A DNA stretch of 21,674 nucleotides from Phycisphaerae bacterium (lineage in GTDB: Bacteria > Planctomycetota > Phycisphaerae > UBA1845 > Fen-1342): positions 1-21,674 of the forward strand of contig JASFQK010000058.1 in NCBI GenBank assembly GCA_050115495.1, read 5' to 3'. The translations under genes and the position numbers were made by a program. The notes under the pieces were generated by a model that had not been told where the DNA came from, did no database searches, and was given only the letters and a program-made list of their open reading frames with translations. Below, piece by piece: positions 7,126-14,099 of this stretch (the first letter of the stretch is position 1; every line of letters begins with the position of its first letter).

Positions 7126-9969
7126 TTAGCCGCCCGTGATCAGGGCCACGAACGGGCCGATGTCGAAGTTGTTCACTTCTCCGTCGCCGTTGACGTCGCC
7201 CGCCAGGTGGTTGCAGTCTGGATACTGCTCGGCATACCCGGCGGGATCGGTGATCGCCAGCACGAACGGGCCGATGTCGAAGTTGTTCACGTTGCCATCG
7301 CAGTTCAGATCGCCCGGCGTGTAGGGGCATTCCTCCTCGATCAGCAACGTAATCTGTTTCGTGTCGGCGCGGCCGAACGAGTCGACCACGCGGAAGAACG
7401 TCTCATACAGACCGCTCGAGGTCGGCGTGCCCGTCAGGCAGCCGTCGGTCGTCAGATGCATGCCATCAGGCAGCGGTATCGGCCTCAGCTCGAGCGAGTT
7501 GGCATTCGTAAGGCTGGTGGCCCCGTCGTACTGACACAGCAGGTAACGCTCGCCGTCGCCGGCGGAGATGCCGACCGTGGGCGTCATGCCGGTGTTGGTC
7601 GGGCCGTAGTGGAAGTAGATGGCGCCGGCCTGCGTGAGGGTGCACGAGAAGTCGCCCTCCTCGTCGCACGGGTATTGCTCGGCCTGCCAGCGGAACGTGA
7701 CCTGGCCTGCGACCGAGTCGTCGATGTAGATGTCGTCGCCACCACCGCACTCGGTCTCCCAGTCGTCCCAGAGCGTGGCGATCCGCACGTTGCTGAGCAG
7801 TTCGGCCGTAGTGTTCGTGCGGTCGCTGCCCATGCCGGACGCGAAGTCGAGGAAACCGTTGGTGTGCACGTATACGGTGCTGTACGGCTGATCGAAGAAC
7901 TGGAACTCGAACGGCAGCGTGTACGCCCAGTTAGCATCGTCCATGTGCCACCCCCGGGCGATACCGACCTCGGCGAAGAGGCTGGTGCCCAGGTCGTTCT
8001 CTGCATACGCGTCCGTCGCCACGCTGAAGGTCAACTGCGGCTGGCCTTCGCTTACCTCGATCCAGAAGGGCGTATACGGTGCATTCAGACAGCCGTTCGG
8101 GAAGCTCTCGGTAACGATCACCGGCGGACCGTAGAAGGTCAGGACGGTTACCGTGCCCAGGTCGGACTCGCCGCCTTCCGGCGGGGTGCCGCCGTCATCG
8201 GCCGTGAACTGGAAGTCCTCGACGCCGTAGTAACCGCCGGCGGGAGAGTAGACCACGACGTTGCCATGGTCGGAGAGCGTGTAGGGTAGCTCTGTGGCCT
8301 GAATGACGTGGCTGTTGCCGGGGTCGATCAGATCCTGAGTGGGCAGCGACTGGATGATGTACGACAGCGAGCCGCCGGGCTCACCGTCGCGGTCGACGGC
8401 AACCAGTGCGATCTCGAGTGGGGTATCGACGGCGGTCTCGAAGCTGCCGTCGTAGGTATACGGCGGGGCTGGGCTGCACGCCAACTCGGCCAGCAGCACG
8501 GCTTGGTACGCATCGATCATACCGTAACCGTAGGTGTTGTCCTTGCCCGCAGGGCCCAGGTCGAGTGCGCTATCGTAGAGAATCTGTTTCACGTCGTCGG
8601 GGAAGAGCTGAGGACAAACCTGGAGGATGAGCGCCACAACGCCGGCGACGTGCGGCGAGGCCATCGACGTGCCGTTCATGTTGCCGTATCCGCCACCAGG
8701 CACGCTGGAACGTACATTCATGCCGGGTGCGGCGATGTCGGGTTTGATGGCGATGCTGCCGTCGGGCGTGCAGTAGGTCGGGCCACGCGACGAGAAGTAC
8801 GCGATGGGAAACTCGGCGTCGTGGGCGTCCACGGCGGCGACGGCGCACGTCCGGTAATCGTCGGAAGCGCGGTCCCCCGGACGTCCAACGGTGTTGCTGC
8901 CTGGGCCCGAGTTGCCGGCGGAGAAGAGGATCACGCAGCCGGCTGTCTCGCAGGCATCCAGGTAGGACCAGAAGCCGTCGTTGCAGGGCTCGTTGTACGG
9001 CGGAACGTTGTGGCCCAGGACGATGCCCCACGAATTCGAGCAAACCCACGGCACATCCCAGACAGTCGCCGGGTTGCCATCGGGGTCGATCAACCACTGG
9101 AAGGCCTCGATCGCATCCTCGATGGTCTCCCAAAGACCGACGCGGTCGATGACGGCGGCCTGAATCCATTCGGCTCCCGGGGCGACACCGACCTCGTCGC
9201 CGGGGGCGCCGCCGCAGATCGTGCCCATGGTGTGCGTGCCGTGTGTATCGCCGTCATGCGGGAAGGTCCAGGAGGTTACGGGATCGAAGAACGCCCACTC
9301 GGGATTGAAGGCGTACCGTTCATCGAGACCACGCCAGCGACTGGCCAGCGCCGGGTGCGTGCCGTCGACGCCGGTATCGAGCGTCGCGACGAGGATGCCT
9401 TCGCCGGTGTAGCCCAGGGCCCAGGCCTCAGGTGCGCGAACAGCGACCAGCCCAGGCTCGGGCGTTCGCGGACCGCACGGCTGAGGTTCCTCAGGCTCCA
9501 CTTCCGCGTCACCTGTCGGCACGGGTTTGATCAGTTCGATCGGGTAGTTGAAGTAGATCGTGTCGACGTCGGGGTGGTTGGCAAGCTCGACGATCTCGGC
9601 CTTCGTGGCGTCGACCGCGAAGGCGTTGACGATCCAGAAGGACCTGAAACGCTGAATGCGGCCCTCGGTCTGGAGCTTCGCCAGATGGTCGCGCAGATTG
9701 CCGCGAGTGGACGTCGCCGTCTCATGTAACGCCGTCACGGCCAACTCGTGCCGCGCCTGTCGGGATGCCCGCTCCGCTTTGAGCTGCGCGGTCATGAGAT
9801 CGAGGTCGACCTGGTGGTTGAGGTAGACCAGGGTGGAGACGGTTTCATTCGGGTCGGCGGCATCCAGGACGTCCTGAAGACCGGGATGGATGTTACCCGC
9901 CCATGCCGGGATGGCCATTGCCGACAACAACACCAACAGCCGTACACAGACGACACTTCCTGTACGCAT
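7126..9969 (-). CDS. Secreted S8 subtilisin-like serine peptidase with dockerin-like C-terminus (S8-b), full-length paralog of S8-a
   Basis: ATLDTG, HGTHTMG, SAGN, NGTSMASPHVAG; colinear with 1692-4535. ATG 9969 is preferred over GTG 9978 because of the spacing from GAGGAG. Confidence 0.93.
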   Translation of the reverse strand: MRTGSVVCVRLLVLLSAMAIPAWAGNIHPGLQDVLDAADPNETVSTLVYLNHQVDLDLMTAQLKAERASRQARHELAVTALHETATSTRGNLRDHLAKLQTEGRIQRFRSFWIVNAFAVDATKAEIVELANHPDVDTIYFNYPIELIKPVPTGDAEVEPEEPQPCGPRTPEPGLVAVRAPEAWALGYTGEGILVATLDTGVDGTHPALASRWRGLDERYAFNPEWAFFDPVTSWTFPHDGDTHGTHTMGTICGGAPGDEVGVAPGAEWIQAAVIDRVGLWETIEDAIEAFQWLIDPDGNPATVWDVPWVCSNSWGIVLGHNVPPYNEPCNDGFWSYLDACETAGCVILFSAGNSGPGSNTVGRPGDRASDDYRTCAVAAVDAHDAEFPIAYFSSRGPTYCTPDGSIAIKPDIAAPGMNVRSSVPGGGYGNMNGTSMASPHVAGVVALILQVCPQLFPDDVKQILYDSALDLGPAGKDNTYGYGMIDAYQAVLLAELACSPAPPYTYDGSFETAVDTPLEIALVAVDRDGEPGGSLSYIIQSLPTQDLIDPGNSHVIQATELPYTLSDHGNVVVYSPAGGYYGVEDFQFTADDGGTPPEGGESDLGTVTVLTFYGPPVIVTESFPNGCLNAPYTPFWIEVSEGQPQLTFSVATDAYAENDLGTSLFAEVGIARGWHMDDANWAYTLPFEFQFFDQPYSTVYVHTNGFLDFASGMGSDRTNTTAELLSNVRIATLWDDWETECGGGDDIYIDDSVAGQVTFRWQAEQYPCDEEGDFSCTLTQAGAIYFHYGPTNTGMTPTVGISAGDGERYLLCQYDGATSLTNANSLELRPIPLPDGMHLTTDGCLTGTPTSSGLYETFFRVVDSFGRADTKQITLLIEEECPYTPGDLNCDGNVNNFDIGPFVLAITDPAGYAEQYPDCNHLAGDVNGDGEVNNFDIGPFVALITGG

Positions 9970-10106
9970 GGCTTTCACTCTCCTCTTGTTTCGCAGACGC
10001 CACCCGAGATCCTCAGGCCCCTTACGCGGCCGGCCCCGGGGGCGGTGACAGTGTCCCCCTCGCTACCGCCCGCGGCCCGCGGATGTCCGAGCCTTTCACC
10101 TCGCCT

Positions 10107-10140
10107 CACTCACCGCTGTCGGCTGGGACAGCGGTGAGTG
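10107..10140 (-). terminator. 14-bp stem-loop downstream of FGE-4
   Basis: CACTCACCGCTGTC-GGCTGG-GACAGCGGTGAGTG, a perfect inverted repeat with no U-tract. Confidence 0.55.
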
Positions 10141-10167
10141 GGGCTACGGGTCCCGGTGCAGAACGTG

Positions 10168-11214
10168 CTACCGGCGACGCAACAGACTGAGGCTGGCCAG
10201 GCCCAGAAGGGCGAGCGAGCTCGGCTCAGGCACCCGGGCGAGGCGGAAACCAACCTCGGAACGCTCGCTGTCGTTGTCCATCCCATTTCCGACGCGCATC
10301 CATGAGATCAGTCCGGCATTGAAGAAGTCCAAGAGAGCGGCGCTCTGACCTCGCACCACCATCGAGCCGAGAGTGGAGTCAGACTGTTCGCACATCTCGA
10401 ACACGTTGCCGCCCTGGTCGTACGTGCCGTACGGGCCGGCGGACAGTCCGAAATAGCCGACCTCGGTCATCCAGTACGGAGCGCCGATCGTGGCGTCGCC
10501 GTCAACCACGTCGAGGAAGTTCCCCGAGCGTCCGGAGTCACCACCCGGAACGCCGTTGTCGGGCAGTTCAGGGTAATCAAAGCCATCGCGGAAGGGGAAA
10601 TCCCAGTAGTTCCCCGTAGCGCCGTCGTTCTTGTGGTATGCGGCCTTGTACCATTCGTCCTCGCTGGTGACCACCCACGTGGCGTTCGCCGTGCGCGTCA
10701 CCACGCCCAGCTCCTCGCGCGTCATGGCACCGTTCAGGTAGTACGAGCCATCTTCGGTGGTCGCGAGCCCCTGCGGGCCGGTCGGCTGACCGTTGTGCAT
10801 CCAGTTGGAGAATCGGGCAGCATCTCCCCATGAGACCCAGTTCACCGGCCGCTTCTCCCAGTCTTCCCCTACGCTGTAGGTGTAGTTGCCCGGCGTACCG
10901 CTACGCGAGATTCCACAGCGAACGTCGCAGGTCCACATCGTCGGGCTGTACAGGCCATACGTGTCCGTGGCCGCGACGGCGTTCAGGAACTCAGTGTACT
11001 GGCCGGCGGTGATCTCGTACTTGCCGATGTCGTACACGTAGTCCACGGCGCCGCAGACGCGGTCATCGCCCATCCCGCCGACACTCGAGCCGCTGAGCTC
11101 TCCTGTGTTCCCCAAATTCCCTACGGTGACCGTGTCGACGAGCACGGTTGCCGACACACTTCCGACACAAAGGCAGACGGCCGCGAACATCATCAGTCTT
11201 CCAACGCACTTCAT
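10168..11214 (-). CDS. FGE-sulfatase domain protein with PEP-CTERM anchor (FGE-4, type A core)
   Basis: Start at ATG 11214 (MKCVGRLMM..) after GGAG. RPVNWVSWGDAARFSNW, SEDEWYKAAY, YDQGGNVFE, VGFRLARVPEPSSLALLGLASLSLLRRR. Confidence 0.93.
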   Translation of the reverse strand: MKCVGRLMMFAAVCLCVGSVSATVLVDTVTVGNLGNTGELSGSSVGGMGDDRVCGAVDYVYDIGKYEITAGQYTEFLNAVAATDTYGLYSPTMWTCDVRCGISRSGTPGNYTYSVGEDWEKRPVNWVSWGDAARFSNWMHNGQPTGPQGLATTEDGSYYLNGAMTREELGVVTRTANATWVVTSEDEWYKAAYHKNDGATGNYWDFPFRDGFDYPELPDNGVPGGDSGRSGNFLDVVDGDATIGAPYWMTEVGYFGLSAGPYGTYDQGGNVFEMCEQSDSTLGSMVVRGQSAALLDFFNAGLISWMRVGNGMDNDSERSEVGFRLARVPEPSSLALLGLASLSLLRRR

Positions 11215-11250
11215 TGTGGATTTCTCCATTCCGCTAATACCGTTGGGCAA

Positions 11251-11270
11251 GCGGCTGGACACCCAGCCGC
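11251..11270. promoter_or_regulatory. Conserved palindrome upstream of FGE-4
   Basis: GCGGCTGG-ACAC-CCAGCCGC, a perfect inverted repeat. The outer pairs differ from the other copies but remain complementary. Confidence 0.6.
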
Positions 11271-11381
11271 ACAAACTGCCCATATCTGGCTTCTCAGTGC
11301 CGCCGGGCTCAGCCGACAGCGAGGCAGGCCGCACGTCAGCGTAGGCACGGCTCTCCAGCGCACGCCCTCTTCCGCCCGTGA

Positions 11382-11537
11382 TTGCCGGCGGCGGAGCGGA
11401 GCTAGACCGGCCACGGCCCGGAGGGGCGGGGAGGCTGGCTCAGGAGCGCGGGCGAGGCGGCGGGTTTTGGCAAGGGGTACTCTTCTCCCCGTGCGTTGCT
11501 GTCCACCGAGCGGGCGCCCAGCCAACGACGTGATCAT
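11382..11537 (-). pseudogene. Internally deleted, decayed PEP-CTERM gene relic at the head of the operon
   Basis: Strong SD AAGGAGGAGG and ATG 11537. RLARAPEPASPPLRAVAGLAPLRRR-Q aligns without gaps to RLARVPEPSSLALLGLASLSLLRRR-stop. The position of the stop codon now reads CAA, so the frame runs on to 11211. Confidence 0.7.
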
Positions 11538-11615
11538 CTTCCTCCTCCTTGGTTGCCAGGGTCCGGCGGCGGATGGCGAGGGCCAGTTACGCCGGGAACC
11601 GGTAACACGAGCTTC

Positions 11616-11644
11616 ATCCTAGTTGCATTGAGCGTTTATGTCAA
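11616..11644 (-). promoter_or_regulatory. Sigma70-type promoter for the FGE/S8 operon
   Basis: Minus strand TTGACA (11644-11639), 17-bp spacer, TAGGAT (11621-11616), within the only AT-rich patch of the region. Confidence 0.75.
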
Positions 11645-11646
11645 CG

Positions 11647-11658
11647 GTTTTTAAAAAC
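11647..11658. promoter_or_regulatory. AT-rich palindrome between divergent -35 boxes (operator or shared UP element)
   Basis: GTTTTTAAAAAC, a perfect 12-bp palindrome. Confidence 0.45.
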
Positions 11659-11663
11659 GACTA

Positions 11664-11692
11664 TTGTAATTACCGTCGCCCCCCCGTATCCT
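11664..11692 (+). promoter_or_regulatory. Sigma70-type promoter, probably giving a leaderless mRNA for the gene at 11700
   Basis: TTGTAA (11664-11669), 17-bp spacer, TATCCT (11687-11692). The ATG follows after 7 nt and there is no SD. Confidence 0.6.
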
Positions 11693-11699
11693 GTTATGT

Positions 11700-12908
11700 A
11701 TGGCACAGGGAAAGCCCATTTCGACCGGCCCCGCATCATTCGAGCAGCAGACGGCCGAGACGATTGCCCGTGTTCGCCGAGCGTTCGCCGACATTGTCCG
11801 GGCTCTGCCCCAGCCGATCACGCGGGCCTGCGAACTTCATCAGACGCTCCAGATCGACAAAGTGCTCGGCTGGCGGGTCTATAACGTGATTCGCTGCTCG
11901 GATCCGTTCGCGGCTGCCCGCTACGTGCCGGGCACCAGCGGCGTGAAGATCTTCCTGCGGGCCGCCCAGAAGCGGGGCGTGCCGCCGGCCCTGACCGAAA
12001 CTGCCACGGCTGCGTTATCGGACTACCAGAAGCTGCAACGTGTGCACGCCGGCAACCGCAAGCGTCTCGACATGCTGCTGGCCGCCCACTCGGACGAAGG
12101 ACGGGCGGAAGTGGACATCGCGCATCGCCGACTGGCCTTCGAGGGTAACTGCTACATCTGGGGCGCGTCGGCCGATGTGCAGTTCCGAACGACGTTCATG
12201 GGGTTCTCGCAGACGTCCGGCGAATTGGATATCGCCACGTTGGGTGGCTTGATCGGGTTGCAGCGTCTGCGTCCCGACGTGCGCTGGCCGCTGGGTAAGG
12301 CCACCTGTACGAATGATGCGGGGGAGGCGATACCGGCGTACACGAACGAGCCGATCTACGACGTGCAACACCCGGACGAAACCGCCCTGAAGCTGTTCAT
12401 GAGTCATCCCCAGCCACGGATCGAGTGCCGCCGCACGGAGCAGGTGCTGAAATGGGAGCTACTGCCCGGTCCCGTGGGCAAGACGGGGGCAGTGAGCTGT
12501 GTCACCGGGGAGATCATGCGGCGCTGCGGCCCCATTCGTCGGCGCGAGGGTGAGGCTTCGGCCACGTACGTTACGCGCGTTCACACGCCGGCCGAGCTGC
12601 TCATCGTCGACCACATCGTTCACCGGGATTTGTTTGGCCCGTTGCAGCACTCTGTGTCGGTCTACGGCGGCATCGTCGACGGCACACGAGGCGAGAGCGA
12701 CCGCGTGGAGGTCCGAGAGACGGTTCAGCTCCTGGGCTCAGTGGACGACCTGCTGCATACGCCGGAGATCCCGCGGTATACGGAAATGACGGGGCATGTG
12801 TTCGAGCGACTCGGCTGGGACCCCGGCCAGTTCGACATCTACCGCCTTCGGCTGGAATTCCCCATTATGCTGAGCGAAGTCCGTCTGACTCACCCGTTGC
12901 GCGGATAG
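11700..12908 (+). CDS. Hypothetical protein, putative transcriptional regulator (N-terminal HTH-like segment)
   Basis: 402-aa ORF with GC3-rich codons and no signal peptide or TM segment. RACELHQTLQIDKVLGWRVYNVI resembles a helix-turn-helix. Divergent from the operon. Function is inferred. Confidence 0.7.
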   Translation: MAQGKPISTGPASFEQQTAETIARVRRAFADIVRALPQPITRACELHQTLQIDKVLGWRVYNVIRCSDPFAAARYVPGTSGVKIFLRAAQKRGVPPALTETATAALSDYQKLQRVHAGNRKRLDMLLAAHSDEGRAEVDIAHRRLAFEGNCYIWGASADVQFRTTFMGFSQTSGELDIATLGGLIGLQRLRPDVRWPLGKATCTNDAGEAIPAYTNEPIYDVQHPDETALKLFMSHPQPRIECRRTEQVLKWELLPGPVGKTGAVSCVTGEIMRRCGPIRRREGEASATYVTRVHTPAELLIVDHIVHRDLFGPLQHSVSVYGGIVDGTRGESDRVEVRETVQLLGSVDDLLHTPEIPRYTEMTGHVFERLGWDPGQFDIYRLRLEFPIMLSEVRLTHPLRG

Positions 12909-12941
12909 CGGCACGCCGCGAGAGCAGGGGGGCCAGCGAGC

Positions 12942-13103
12942 GTTGCCGGGGGTACGCTCGAAGATGTCTCCTGTCCACATTGCGGTTACGATCTCCGGCA
13001 GTCGCCCATCGATTCAAGTGATGGGGCCGCGGTGCGTTCGGCGTGTGGCTGCACCTGGCGAATGCCCGCGGCCCTGTTCGTCGCAGGTCAGACCGATGGA
13101 TGA
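12942..13103 (+). pseudogene. 3' relic of a zinc-ribbon membrane protein gene (paralog of 13096-13593)
   Basis: Frame not in the ORF track: VAGGTLEDVSCPHCGYDLRQSPIDSSDGAAVRSACGCTW aligns without gaps to VAAAMLSHQRCPHCGYDLRMLPADSDDGATICPECGCAW. The third Cys is replaced by Arg and there is no start codon. Confidence 0.75.
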
Positions 13104-13593
13104 AGGGACGCCGGCACAACTCGGGCGGGCCGGGCGTATCCGGGACGCCCGCGGGCGCTCCGTGACACAGCTCGACCCGGTGGCGCTCTGCTTGTTGCGC
13201 CAGCACAATGTGATCGAGGCCGACACGCTGCGCGCGATCGCCGATGCGAAGGGCGTGAGGGTCGCGCTTGTGGAACGCGTGGCCTTGATCTGCGGCCTGT
13301 GCGGCGCACTGGCCGTGATCAGCCTCTTCACGTTCGCCCTGGTCACCGGGGACATCCGCGACGCCCCTCTCGCGAAATCCGCCGGCTTGGTGTACCTCTG
13401 CTCCCTGCCGTGGATCATGTGGTACGGCATCAAACGTCGGCGGTTCGGCTACGTCGCGGCGGCGATGCTCAGCCACCAGCGCTGCCCGCATTGCGGCTAC
13501 GACTTGCGCATGCTGCCGGCCGATTCGGACGATGGCGCGACGATCTGTCCCGAGTGTGGATGCGCCTGGCAATTGGGCGAGGAGCGGGGATGA
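13096..13593 (+). CDS. Membrane protein with two TM helices and C-terminal zinc ribbon (CPHCGYDL..CPECG)
   Basis: Start at ATG 13096 (MDEGTP..); the longer ORF-track extension overlaps the relic. Two hydrophobic segments and a CxxC..CxxC motif. Confidence 0.8.
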   Translation: MDEGTPAQLGRAGRIRDARGRSVTQLDPVALCLLRQHNVIEADTLRAIADAKGVRVALVERVALICGLCGALAVISLFTFALVTGDIRDAPLAKSAGLVYLCSLPWIMWYGIKRRRFGYVAAAMLSHQRCPHCGYDLRMLPADSDDGATICPECGCAWQLGEERG

Positions 13594-14051
13594 GCTGGAT
13601 ATGGCCTGACTACATCCATCCGGGCTTGCCGCTCAGCAGGGGGGAGCGCGTGGCGATCCACCGCGCCGCCTGGCGGCTGTGGTGGTCGGACAAATGGAAT
13701 CTCGCGCTGCACCTGCTGGTTTGTGCCGGTTGCACGGTTGCCCTGCTGAACGCGGCGGACCTGGGCGGCCGGGCGGCGGGGGCGCTGGGCATCGGCGGCA
13801 TTCTGTACAAGGTCTGTCGGGCGGGATCGCTGCTGCTCGTGCTGATCTCTGCGGTCATCATCATTCGCGCCGTGCTCGGTCGCTGCCGCTTCGCCCCGTA
13901 CATCTATGAAGCGATACGGCGGCAGGGCTACGACGTCTGCACGAAGTGCGGATACTGGCTGAAGGGGCTGCACGACGACGTCGACCGCTGCCCGGAGTGT
14001 GGCGCGGAACGCCCGCCTCCGCTCGATGCAAGTCCACAAGCTGGCGGTTGA
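13590..14051 (+). CDS. Membrane protein with C-terminal zinc ribbon (CTKCGYWL..CPECG)
   Basis: ATGA overlap with the upstream gene and GAGGAG SD. MSWIWPDY.., two TM segments, CxxCGYxLxGL..CPECG. Confidence 0.8.
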   Translation: MSWIWPDYIHPGLPLSRGERVAIHRAAWRLWWSDKWNLALHLLVCAGCTVALLNAADLGGRAAGALGIGGILYKVCRAGSLLLVLISAVIIIRAVLGRCRFAPYIYEAIRRQGYDVCTKCGYWLKGLHDDVDRCPECGAERPPPLDASPQAGG

Positions 14052-14099
14052 AGTTCGCTCGTCGCGGCGGGGCAGGGGCTCGGCGCTTCGTGCCGTTGC

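Noticed and set aside
845..9729. Long plus-strand ORFs (845-1705, 5093-5881, 7207-8289, 8308-9729 and others)
   Set aside because: Antisense shadows of GC3-rich genes with no recognisable motifs.
491..11537. Complete diversity-generating retroelement within the window
   Set aside because: No reverse transcriptase, Avd-like gene or adenine-rich template repeat is visible. Some paralog differences are at third codon positions or are indels, and the 11382-11537 relic lacks the variable region.
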